64,000 nucleotides of DNA, taken from positions 8,184,001-8,248,000 of the forward strand of contig OZ059899.1 of the NCBI GenBank assembly GCA_964057225.1, written 5' to 3'. The DNA comes from Auanema rhodensis. Lineage: Eukaryota > Animalia > Nematoda. Numbering within the stretch: position 1 is the first letter of the stretch; each line of letters starts with the position of its first letter. Positions 28,201-41,400 of this stretch are shown here, piece after piece. Both the position numbers and the translations under genes were made by a program. Under the pieces are notes generated by a model, which saw only the letters and a program-made list of their open reading frames with translations, searched no databases and was not told the origin of the DNA.

Positions 28201-30142
28201 TTCCTAGTATTAATGGGGCTAGTATACAAATTCATGAACGTATAGGAAAGGTAAACAATTTTTTGAAAAGAAAAAAGAAAATTTTCGTTGTTTCTCATAT
28301 TTAGGGAGCATTTGGGGAAGTTTATTGTGGAACTTGGGACATCAAAGGTGAACGTAGTGTAGCAGTAAAAGCTATTTATCAAGCAGATGAACAAATTGAA
28401 AAAGAAGTAACATATTATATTCACACTTTTTTTTTTCAAAATTTTGTTTTTGATTACCGTTTCGATCAGATTGTTATTTGGTTTAACTTGATATTATTTT
28501 TACCGAAACGTTCAGATTTATATTTTCATGAAGTGTGCGAAGATAACATAACATGAACAGAGGAAAATTATATATTTTCTCCTTTCAAAATGGAATTATT
28601 TCTTAATTAATAAAGTTCTTATTATAGGCTCAAGTTCTATGCAGCTTAGATCATCCCAACATTGTACGATTATATGGCATGACAAGGGATGGTAGTAAAC
28701 TTCTTTTAGTTTTTGAAATGATGAATTTAGGTGAATTTGAATTGAATTTGCATTGTTTATATACATTCATATATAAATTTGTAAATAAATATGTATTAAT
28801 ATAAATTTTTAAGGCGATTTGCGGTCATATTTGAAGAGCCGAGCTCCTCAAGCTACTAATTATTCCCAATTTCCTCCTGCATTAACCTTAGATGAACAAA
28901 AGTTTATATTGCGAGAGGTAATGAGTTTTTTTATTCTACTTTATAATTTTTTTTCTGAAGATTGCCAAAGGTGTTCATTATTTGGGTGCACAGCAAATTG
29001 TGCACCGAGATCTAGCTGCAAGAAACTGTTTAGTTTCCGGAAAATCAGACTTACGATGTACTTCTGCAAGCCAACGGCCGCCGACTACTGTCAAGGTATA
29101 CATCTCAACTAATATTTTTATAATTATAAGCATAATCTCATATATGTTTAGTGATGAGCATAAAATCAGAATTTTAAAACTAATTCTCAAGATTTATTCA
29201 AGCATAAAACTTAGTTAAAAATAGAATTTTGCTTTCGCCAATTTTTGTCAATGATCTTTTGTATTTTATAAAAAAAAATTATATATATAAATTTGTGTAC
29301 ATATTTATCCAACAAGACAAAAATAATAAAATTATTGAAATAGGAAAAATAAAAAATGTTCATCCTTTTGCTATTATTTTAAAATAATTCTAAAAATGAA
29401 AGAATTTTTCATCCATCTTCTTTCGTTACCATGCAAAATATATTCATGTTTTTATTTTTCTATTTTTTGACTACAAACTGTAATGATAGAATGAATGTTT
29501 AATCACAATTTTGAGAATGGTAGCAATATGATATTAATACTTATTTTAGTTTTTTTCATATGCATTTCTTGAATTTGTTCCTTTCAGATTTCGGATTTTG
29601 GCATGTCTAGACGACTGAATTATCAGTCTGAATACTACCAAATGATGAATCAGTCGTTATTACCCGTTCGTTGGCTTCCTCCAGAAGCAATATCACATCA
29701 CAAATTCAGTCATGCTAGTGATATATGGTAGTTTCGAGATATTTGTAGCAAAGAGTTATTTTCAAAATTTTCAAGGGCTCTCGGCGTGACCATGTGGGAA
29801 GTATTCAGTTATGGCGAAGTCCCATTCGATACTTTAACTAACGACGAAGTTGTTTCGTACGCTATGGCTGGTTAGTACAGTGACATAAGATCATGTTTCT
29901 GATATAAAACGCTGTTTTCAGGTATGCGTCCTCCAAAGCCAAATGCTTGTCCTGCGGAAATTTACGAAGTTATGGAGAAATGTTGGGCAATGATTCCCGA
30001 TGAACGTATATCAATTGAAGATATCTTACTACATCCCTCAATATCAGCAATTACTGATATGAAAACTTCAGCTGCTAATCTTTCAACTTATACAGTTGCA
30101 GATAGTTCCTCATCCTCTTCACCTTCTACAGTTAAAGCTTAG
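22239..30142 (+). CDS. trk-1: Trk-family receptor tyrosine kinase, multi-exon with a ~3.5-kb intron
   Basis: Signal peptide MMLFIISLMFTTGYG, LRR-CT-like CPLSCSC, Ig/FN3-like exons, TM WIIILICIIILLPFVIY (about 27527-27580). Kinase motifs GKGAFG, VAVK, HRDLAARN, DFGMSRRLNYQSEYY (YxxxYY loop), LPVRWLPPE and SDIWALGVTMWEVFSYGEVP are all intact. Confidence 0.85.
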
Positions 30143-33100
30143 AAAAGAATAATTAGAAGCAGTTAACACTAGAAAGTGAAGACGTTGTGCCGTTGTCATA
30201 CATAATACTTTTTAAAATTTTTAAATTTGCATTCAAATATCATCATATTACAATCATACAAAATTAATTCAGTTATATTTTCTTATTTTTATTATTTGTT
30301 GGGAAAAAGTTATATTTTTATGTAATTTCAATATGTCATGAACCAATCACATTCCCTTATTCCGTGATCATTATTATATGGGTTTTCATTTGTACAAAAT
30401 TGTATACAATGTGTTATATCAATTCATATAGAAAAGCTTATTTATAAAAATTTTTTAAATTATTTTATTTGAAATATAAAGGCGGCAATGTTCTATTTAA
30501 ATATTAAATATATGAATATAGTATATGTATTAAAGATAGATAGATAATGCTATATACATATATGTATAATATATAGTTATATGTGTATGTTATATTATTT
30601 ATATTATAATTTTACGTAAAACAATATAATTCAATAATAAGTTTATCAAATTTCAGATTATTAATAATATAAAAAAAAAGATATTAATTAACTTACAAAA
30701 AACTTATATATAATATTCTCATTCAACATTCTACATTTTTTCTTTTCTTTACAATAGTTTTAGATTAAATATTTGCTTATTGAACCCATAAAGATCTTCT
30801 ATTTTTACAATGCAAGCATAAAAAGAGCAAAATGATAAGAAATTCTGTGAAACTATTAACTCTTATTAGGTTATTATCAGTAAAAACTTGGATATAATCC
30901 TACATAATCTACGCTGAAGTCATCTTGCGCAATTTCAAGTTTTCAAAATTAAGTAATAATATACTATATATACATGTATATATATATATATATATACAAA
31001 TGTAAGAAATATAATATATATGTATTTAAAAGTTCAAATCGAACAGACGAGTCAGTGTTCGTCTACAAATGTTCTTCAAATCTATTCCTCTATCTTTATT
31101 CATTCTCTTTCTGTCTTCTTTTATATCTTTTTTCTTTTTTCAAATTTATATTCCGGTGGTTTAGTCGAACTCCATCGTGGTCTTCGTGGTCGTCGTTAGT
31201 TGTCCACGGTCAGTTCAGCTTCTCTGTCTGCTCCCTCTGCATACATCATAATGTCTATGAACGAGGCGCGATAGAGAGCTGGCGAGTAGGCTAAGGGCGC
31301 GGGGTGCCATGCGGTACCCGGCTGGGGCCGGCCTGCACCCTCTCTCTTGTTACCCCCATCTAGCCAGTTCATCTGTTGTCATCTCTAACCAGCCGTTCAA
31401 CGTTCCTCGTATGGAACAATCATTTAACTATGTTCAATATCAGCAGTATCAGATAGATTGAAATGTTGGTATATGTTCAATAGTTCAGATAGTTGCATAT
31501 GTAACAATGAAAATCGAAGTGCTACAGATGATTTCTCAGCATTTTCAACATAAGCATTTTCTCAAATCTCATTCTTTATTATATTCTTGTTATTGTTGTG
31601 TAATATAATGATATATAATCATACATACATACATATATAGATAAAGATATATAAATATTGCTAAAACTCAAATATATTTCATCTAAACTCAAGTTCATAC
31701 TAATTAAGTTTATTAAGCTATAGCTATCTAAAAAAATGAAATAACAAGCAAATGTTCTAACGTTAATGATTTCTATCTCAACAATGTTCTTAAGTTCTTT
31801 TCATTTTCATCTGAAGAACTACGGTTATTGATTTCACAGTTTTTCTACCAATTGTTCAATTTTAGACTTAAGCTCCTTGGTTGAAATGAAAGATGACGAG
31901 AGGTCACTTTCGTCCATTTCTGATCTATTTTTTTTCTGCTCTATGTCAATTCTCTTTTAGCGATGCACCATGTTTGTTCTACCAATTTTGAACGTTCGAA
32001 CGCTTCGTGTTCCACCGTTCGGCCTAGTTTAGCGTCTTTCTTCTTTCAAAAATCTTTTCTTTAGCTCACCAATCCTGTCCAAAAATATGTTATAGGCCTA
32101 GTTCTCCCTTTATTTTCGAACACTGTCTACGGCTAATCTTTGACTTGCAGACACAAAAAATTACCTACGAATTTCGAATACCATTACCCTCAGGCGTAAT
32201 TGACATTTCATGGCGATGTGCTCGGCCTTCACCTACTAGTCTGCTAACTTTCACTTATTTCGAACACTCCATGATCTGGATTCCAGATATGGTCATTCAG
32301 GCGTTCTTTTCGAAAAAGAACGCATACAGTTTTGTTTCTTTGTCCCCTCTTTTCTCTCTGACACTTGTACTCTTTGACACACACTCATTCATCATTCGTC
32401 TTTTATTTCACTTCGGTCATCTTTGTATCTTTCTGTACTCTCATTTTCCCCAAATTCGGTACAAGACCCTTTGCTCATCTTTTCACTTTTAGTTCCAGAT
32501 AGACGAACGTTTTCGTTAGCTCCTCCCATTTTTCTTGTGTTCCAGCACTCAGTGTCACCCTCGTACCACTCCAATTCAGTTGGTCCTCCCTTCTCCACTA
32601 CATATTGTTCAAATTTTAAAACACTTTTTCTTTTTACAACAATCTTACTATCATATAATCATTGATTTATATAATATTCTTTAATAAAATATAATTTTGT
32701 TTAAAAAAAAACGAACGCTTAACATGTCGTCTTCATTATAGATATATGTTGTCTTTAGACGGTGACAAGATTCGAAGAACGCATCGTGCCATCCAGTGCT
32801 ACTTGAAACGGGTTCACTGGAAACAAACTCAACCAATAGAATTTTAGTGTTCAAAATTGCTTATCACTTGATACTTCCAAATGTTCAATGACTTTAACGT
32901 GGAACAATAATATAACTTAACTTCACAGTAATTATTCTGTTGGCTTGTATGACATTAATCTTTTCATTGAACATATTTTATTTTGAAATCGCCCAGTCAT
33001 TAATCAGCCATGTCCGCGAACGAACGCTATCCGAGCAGTACGTTCCGAAAACTGATGGTGGTCTCATTACTGACTTCGTCCATTCGAATCAGTTTGTCTT

Positions 33101-34761
33101 TTCTTTACATGATACAAATGTTAAATTTCATACATAACAGCGTTCAACAAACGTATGAAAAGGCAATATTTCTGGAAAGTGGTAAAATTGAGACTTGTTT
33201 TCTTGGATTGGAGCGCAACCTAAAAGGGCAATTTTTCACTTACTCATCATCTTCCTCTATTTTTATACAGTCTCTTACATCTACGTCATCGACAATATCT
33301 ATTTGCCCCCCCAACCTGATTGTGTACGACACTTTCTTATACTTAAAAGTTATCATTAGGATAAAGGTTGGTCAGCTTAGCTATCTTTGACCATTGTTTT
33401 TATTCTAATCTTATCAGTAGCTTCTTAACACTGCTGAACCTTCATGAAATTCATGTGTTATCCGATTTTCTCTCTTGAAAAAGCTAATAGCATGGTGTTC
33501 AAAAATTTTTTTTTGCTTTTCTCCAACTCTTCTGATCTATATGCCCAGTCAAATGTAATGGCGCCTGGCAGTGCCGCTGTTCCCTACGGCACAAATAACG
33601 AACATCGTCGGTGGCCACCAATAAATATTGTTCATCCAGCATATTTTTGATCCAAATATTTCTGTTTTTTTATGCCAATTTTGCATTAAATACAATGAAT
33701 AATATTTCTAATACAGAGTTCATTTCAAACATTAGCCATTCAACCTGTATATATATATATATATATATCATATTTCTTTTAGTCTACGATTTCGTATTTT
33801 GATCATCTTCTCAAAACTTCTTATTATTCGTGAAGAACTAAAGCTTTTATTTACAGGGATAATCTCAACAAGGGTAGGGGCCTGCGACGCCCTCTCCTCC
33901 TCTCACCTTAAAACGTAAGTTGTATCCTTTTCATGTAAACTTTATACTAATTTATACAATCATTCAACACTGCATCCTTTCAGGTGTGCAGCGATATGTG
34001 AAGGCTATGAGATGAACCGGACGGGTAGCTTAGCACATGTTAATAAAGCTATAATTTCTTTTTAACTAGTGTTCATAATATCTTTTCCGGACAAATAAGT
34101 TTAGCCTGTTCTAAGTAATTTAAAAACGTGTTAATGGTTATAGTAAAATTTAAATATTTCAGAAGTTACAACAGCTATCCTTATTTGAGATCAGTACCAT
34201 GATGATTATAATTTGCTATAAATACTAATTCCTTAAATCAAGATATAATTAAACATCATGATAATATTATCCGTTAATGGGCTACATGGAGGTTAGAGCG
34301 GCGTAGTCACAGTCGAGTTGTATCGATGACTGTTTCATAACAATAAAACAATTTTTAAATATTTTTATTTTAATTATTGATATGTATACAAACTTTTCAA
34401 CAACAACAATTTAGAAAAATATATATTCAAATTTGTACAATCAAAGTGATAAGAATCACTTATGAATAGGAGCCAAGAAAATACAGCAATTAGTAGGAGA
34501 ATCATAAAAAAAAGTTCAATTATAAGTGTGATTGTGAAAGTGAACACATCCTCTCTAAACTCGAGCATAAAACCAAAAACTGAGAAAAAAAGTTTTTGTT
34601 TTTTCATAACAACTTAAATTTAAAGAATATCTAGAAGATGTACTTGAATTGTTTATTGAGGGGGCGGGCACGAACACATTCACACACCTAATATTAAAAA
34701 TAAATACACACAGAGTTAATAAGGAATTAATTAGATTATGAGCCTGAATGTGAGCGAGATC

Positions 34762-36089
34762 CTACCATCTTTGAAGTCGTCTAACTAACTGTATATCCTT
34801 TGGTTGTAGAGTTACACGTTTCGCGTGAACAGCACAAAGATAACTGTCTGTGAACACTTGCACCAAGAATGCTTCAGTTGCCTAAAAATAAATTATATCT
34901 AGAATCCATCAATTATAATATTACTTCTTGTAAAGCAGCTAAAGCTTCTGAAGTGAAACGATAACCACAACTTCGAGCATCCATCTCGATTGCAATTTCC
35001 CTCACTAACCTTTGAAACGGTAACTAAAATAAAATTTTATAAGCTGTCAATCACTATAGACTACCTTTTGAATTAGCATGTTAGTAGTTTTTTGATATTT
35101 TCTGATTTCTTTTAGAACTTTAACACCAGGTCTATATCCTGGTTGGGACGTGGCTTTTCTATGAAAGTATGCGGATTTAGCTTTTTTAGTACTTACTGAA
35201 AAATATAGTATAAGAAAATAATGATAAAAAAGACAAACCAGGATATCTAGAATGGGAGGAAATAGTGGAAGCTCTTTCAAGAGCATCAAGCCTTTGTTGT
35301 CTATTTAGAGGTTTTCTATATTGTTGAGGTGTTTCTAATGCCATCATACGAATTGGAGATAAATTGTGTTGATTAGGCTGATTTTCAGGTTCATCATCGG
35401 AGGACTCAACTTCCTTTAAAGAATTTCAGTTAAAAAAAAAAAAGATAAACAAAATGATACCTCAATAGTAACACCTTCATAATCATCAATAGAGTCATAC
35501 CCTTCTGGGGCCGGAGGCTCACGTATTCTACTAGATTCGGGAGTCTCATAATTTCGGGCAGGACTAAAAAAATACAATAAACAAACAGCTTCAAAACGTA
35601 AAATCATACCGAGCGTAGCTTTGGAAGCCAAGATTCTCTTTATTCATTTGATGAGTTGGTGTGTACCTTTAAAACAAAATAATGATTATTCACAAAGAGG
35701 ACACATACTCTAAAGTATCAGCATTATACATTTTTGAGTAAGGATCTTGCGGAGAATTATACAACGAAGGTCCACCATTTCTAAATACTAAATATGAAAA
35801 CAAAATAAACAAATTTGCTTACGTATGATCATACATTACTCTTTCCTCTGTTGTTATAGTTGTTCTTCTGTACATATCTGGCATTGCTGAGCCATTTGAA
35901 TTAAATGAAGAGAAATACCCTCGAGAATTTGGAGTACCTGTAATTTTAATAGGTTATATTATTAACGAATCAAAAATAATTATTACCTGATACATAACCC
36001 ATTGACATTCCATTGCTTTGATTTGATGTTAATTTTTGTACATGACGATTTTTCTCAGCTTTTTGAGCAATGGGCTTTACACGAACCAT
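34762..36089 (-). CDS. hcp-3: Centromeric histone H3 variant (CENP-A/CenH3)-like, about 9 exons, long N-terminal tail
   Basis: C-terminal histone fold [96 protein letters not shown], with a lengthened loop 1. The tail of roughly 200 aa is unrelated to canonical H3 apart from its first residues, and the gene has introns. Confidence 0.82.
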
Positions 36090-36115
36090 TGCCTAATGCT
36101 ATAATATAAAACTTT

Positions 36116-36163
36116 AACAAACAAATTAACAAACAAATTAAACAAGAAATTAAGCAAGAAATT
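36116..36163. repeat. Short degenerate tandem repeat (~12-nt unit, AACAAACAAATT/AAGCAAGAAATT, about 4 copies) just 5' of the CENP-A ATG
   Basis: Read directly. U-rich on the transcribed strand, so it would fall in the outron. Confidence 0.7.
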
Positions 36164-38458
36164 ATATAAGCAAATTGAATAGATTAATATTAAAGGAATA
36201 AGCTAATTTCAATAAAGCCAAGTAACTATGCCAAATTCAAAAAATAAACTGACGCGCGCATCTAGCAGCCTGTCGTGCCGGGACCAAACGCGTCACTTAT
36301 TATTGGAACTATGGTTACTGAGGAGATGGCAATCAGGAGTACAGTAGCTTTGAAGTTATTATTAGAAAGAGTAGCGTTGAAATAACTTAGTAACAGAATG
36401 AAAAATCACAATTATTTATTTTTAGTATTGGCAGCTTAGAATAAGAAACTAATGTTACTAATAAATATCCCTAATAAATTTCAATTTCGATTTAAAAATT
36501 TTTAAAACCTAAACATCTCAAAATGAATAAAAATTAGAATTAAGATTTCTGAATATTTCTATCTTTAAAAATAAAAAAATTGTGTGTTGGCTTTACTGAT
36601 AAATATTTTGATAGTTCTCAAAAGTGAAAAAGTAAGCGGATATTGAACAAAAAGTTTTCAAAGATAAGCCAAACATACAATGTTTATAAATTAATAGAAT
36701 ATAATTAAAATTATAATTATAATTAGAAAGGTGATACTATCATTTATTGTCGAACAATTTTGTTTAGAGTTCATTGTTTTTGTGTAAATTATAGTACTTT
36801 GAATTATGCCACTGGTGTTGCATATGCGGTAATGTGAAAGAGCTACAAAAATACTTATGCTCTGATAGGTCATGTATGATCCCCATGGTTATTTTTGAAA
36901 ATATTAAGCCAGAAATTTGTATACCTACACATATATACATTTTAATAATATATATAGTATTATATTATTATTAAAATGTTTGTAAAATATGTTTTTTCAT
37001 TGATTTGAATACTATTTGAGATGAAACAAATTGAATTCTTGAACAATTATTTTGAAAAAAAGCTATTAATAGTTGAATCATTGATGGTCAGTAGCTATTG
37101 TATCAATTTGCCAAATATAGTGTGTCATATCAAATATGAAAGGATAGAAGCCAGTATACAAAACCGATCTGGCTATTGATCAGATGCCGAGAGTGCTAAG
37201 GGCAGAGTTTCCTGTTTGTTCTTGACCAATATTTACCTACAAAAATTGCAAGATGCCAGTCAAGTTAACTATAAAACATACATGTAACTTCTTTTTCTCT
37301 GGAAATCGCCCTTTAAATATAAAACATATTACCAAATGTATACTAACATTTTATCTTTCATATTAAAGGAAGTCGTGTAGCTCTACATTTTGATATTTTA
37401 GTTCAATGTAATTGTATTTGATTAAGGTATTATATTAAGCGATGAGCTTATTTACTTGACGTAGATAAAAAAACTCAGAAAATTTCAGTCCGAATATTGA
37501 GGTTCTTTCTTTTCTTTTTGTTTTTTTAACGCGCTTCCTATTTTTAATTCGAATGTCAACTTCAGTTTCTAACTAAACATTGACGCATCAATGTTGCTTC
37601 ATCTCTAGAGCTTTGACAATTTTCATTATCCTTATCACTAAATAAAATTAATAATTAAAAGCATATTGTATTATGGAATAGTTTAGGATTTCTTTTATTT
37701 CTCTTATTTCCGATGTGTTCAATTCTCCTGTCTGTGTGACTGACTATATGTGACGTGTTTGCCCTCCTCCTGCCTCCCTTTCCCTCCGTATATACAAGAG
37801 AATGAGAAATAAAGAGAAAAGAAGAGACAAAAAGTGAAAGAGAAAGAGAGAGAGAATGATAGATAGAGTCAGTATAGCAAAGAGAAAGACGATAGAGAGG
37901 AAGAGGAAAGGAGGAGCAGCATCAACATCTGAGCTCGAACATAAAATCATTTACCGTTCTCTAGTAACTGTTCAGAAAAATGTTATCACGCTTAACTGTT
38001 TGTTCAAACCTCTTAACATTATTTTTTCAACTTTTTTTTGAATAAGTGTCTTTCAAAGTTTCATTTTCTTTGCTCATATTACTATTGAATGTTGTAAATC
38101 AAGAGATATGTACATGTATAGATTTGGCACCTATTCGAACTGTATTGGAGATTTCGGATTTATCGCGGGTTTTCAATGCAACATTTCTATTTTCTATTAA
38201 TCTATATTTTATATAATATAATATAATAGTTGTCATGATATTGATGTGACTTGTATAATACTGATTCATAAGTTTTTTTAACTGCTGTTATTTGCATTCG
38301 CTTTTGAATATAATTTTGCTGTTTTAATAACTTTTTCTTTAGTGTATAATTCTATATTTAGGAAAGTATATATAATCGAACGAAGATTATTCAGACATCT
38401 TGGGGTTTATTCTAACTATCATATAATTAAACTATTTATTCTATAATTAATATTTTCT

Positions 38459-41400
38459 ATGTCGGACAAGTACATGCATAGTTCTAGTTCTGACTATCAA
38501 AAATCATCACCGCCTCAACAACAACAGCAATGGGTTGATATTCAATTGAATACATTCTCAAATTGGATAAATGAACAGGTTACTACTATTTTTATTTTAT
38601 TTGCAATCTAAAATAACATATTACCATCTTCTAAAGAATATTTATTTTATGATATTGTCATAATCGTTCTGGTGGTTCTGTTAGTTTTCTTTTAAACTCT
38701 GCATAGAACCGACTTGAGCTTAAGTATTAAGATATGTGTTGGTCATTTCTGTATTTATTCTTCGTCTCTGACGACCCCTTATCTTCTGCTGTGTATTGTA
38801 CCTGCATTGAGATGAAAACGGACGACGAAGGAGAAGGACGAAGCTCTGACGAGTCCGTACCTTTAACTCTCGCTGCGGTATATTGAAGCCACAATGACAG
38901 TCAATGCAAACGGTCAGATCTATTGACAAACAAACAAACGAACTGACAATCATTCAAATTGACAACGATGCATTTAAAAAAATGCTGAATGTTTGACAAG
39001 TTTTGTTTGGATGTTCGATAGAGATAAATATCAAGTTCAGTTCATCAACAATCCAAAAACAGCTGATACTCTAAAACAAAAAAAATTTCACAGTCTGTAT
39101 AATTATGAAAAAACAAAATATTTTTTCCTTTTCTTGCAGATGCAGTCAAATGTGATAAAACATCTGACAGATGATTTAGCTGATGGTGTTTTGTTAATTC
39201 GATTGGTGGAAACATTACAAGGAAGACGATATTTTGGAAAAGTAAACACAAAAAGAAATCATTAAATATGTAAATTTGATTTAATAACAGGTTTACGATG
39301 ATAATCCGACTGAAATACAACGATTAATGAATGTTCAAATGGCTTTAGATGCATTAAGAGAAGATGGTGTGAAAACTGTTAATATAGGTGAGTCTGATTT
39401 GATATTTTTATAAATATTTACAACAAATATGATGATTTAAAACTTGAGCATAACTCTGCATCATTCTGCATTTTATTTCATTTGTTGATTAGCTTCACCT
39501 TATTTGCCTTCGTTCATTACTGTTGACCTTTGTGTCGTTGATGTGATGCTTAATGTCTGCTACTCTCGATTGTGTTCATCTGGCTTACTCAAAAGCTAAT
39601 AATCAGTCGCGAACGGTAAAGGCAATAGGAAAAGCCGCGGAACATGCGCATGACGGGTGCATTCGTGACAATAACTCAATTCAAGTTTGTACAAGAAATG
39701 AACAAAGTTCGAGCTTGCGCTTAAGCATGATTAAGCATGCTTTCACAAAATACAACAACAATTATTAGAAGAGAAAATGAAAAATATGATTCAAATTGTT
39801 TCAGGGAGCCATGACATAGTAGAAGGAAATACTAAATTAATATTAGGATTAATTTGGTGCCTCGTGCAGAGGTATCAAATCGCATCCAGGACCAAAATTC
39901 CTCCTAAAAAGCTTGTTATGGCTTGGATTCAGGTAGCGTATTCTTCTTCCTTACTTTTTATGAATGATATTATCTAAGTCTAACTACATATTCACATTAA
40001 AGTTCTATATGTTTAAACATAATTTGCTATCTTATCGCTTAACATTGTGAGAAAACTTAGAATGAGTTCTAATATAAACCTAAAATGCTTGCATTCGTAG
40101 CCGTCGATAGCTCAGTTGGTAGAGCGGAGGACTGTAGAGTTGTGGCTATCCTTAGGTCGCTGGTTCGAATCCGGCTCGACGGAATGTTTTTTGCATTTCT
40201 GAATGAGGATTTTAATAATATTTTTTTGATTTAATTTATGAGAATTTACGTTCTGCATCTTTTTAAGACTTGTTTTTATACCAAAAAACGTGTGATTATA
40301 GAAAATTATATAAATATTCAATTGGTGGCTCATTTGAATTTATTTAGTCTGTTATACCTGAATTGAAATTGGTTAATTTTCGTACAAGCTGGAACGATGG
40401 ACGTGCTTTATCTGCGTTATTAGAATATTGTCAACCTGGATTATGTCCAGAATGGTCTCGTTTAGATCCACGAAATGCGTAAGAATTTAATAATTATTTT
40501 TGATAATTCCAGTTAAAATATATTTTTTACTATGTGATATTAATACTGTTTTTACTCTTTCAATTTCCAGAAGAGAAAACTGTGCTAGAGCCTTAGAGTT
40601 AGCTGAACAGTACTTAGGAATTCCACAAATTTTGTCGGCCGATCACTTAAGCTCTATTCATCTGGATGAGCTATCATGTATTACATATTTATCCTATTTT
40701 ATTCGTCGAGATGGTCCAGGATATCGAGCCACATTACAACGTGCACAACTAGTAAGTTATAATCAAAAATGCAAAAAAAAACATTTTTTTTTAGATGTTA
40801 CCTGAATGTGATGTACAGGATTTTGATATGTCTTGGAGTGATGGTTATTTGTTAGCATTATTAGTTGAAGCTGTTGGAGGACAAGTATAATAATTAAAAA
40901 AAAAACACTTTAATTTATTTTTGTAATTTAGGTTCCGGATTTTGCTAGAATGAGTTTCGAATCATTTCGAGATTGTGTAGATAATATAACATGTTGTAAG
41001 TATATTAAGTTTTTTCTTTTATAAAAACACAAATTAAAAATCATTTATGTATTACTTTCATCAGGTTTGGACTCAGTGTTAAATTTGGGTGTAGCATCCT
41101 TAGTTGGAGCTGAAGATCTAGCTGATCCACAAGGAGAACATTTAGGAACTATGGCGTTAGTAGCCGCAATTTTATCTGTTGGTCCAGAACAAGATATCTT
41201 TGTAACTCAATGTTTCATAAACCAACAGGTTTGTTCTTTTATTATTTTTTAAAAAATGTTTTTGTTGTATTTCAACTATATTGATTTGTTTCAGGTCAAT
41301 TTGGATTTAGCGTTTGCCGAAGGCAGTGAGGTCCGCGTTGATGAGTTGGATGTACAAGTGTTAGGTCCAAGCGGCCAACTTTTGTCTAACCAAACTATTA

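Noticed and set aside
31286-31300. TAGGCTAAG as a possible telomerase template or telomeric seed
   Set aside because: It does not match a permuted TTAGGC/GCCTAA repeat over 1.5 units, and I saw no telomeric arrays in the window.
33565-33590. TGGCAGTG resembling the miR-34 5' end
   Set aside because: The match stops after 8 nt and there is no pre-miRNA-length hairpin.
32145-33650. Several 65-126 aa ORFs in the intergenic region
   Set aside because: F/L/S-rich translations of pyrimidine tracts with no domain motifs or exon structure.
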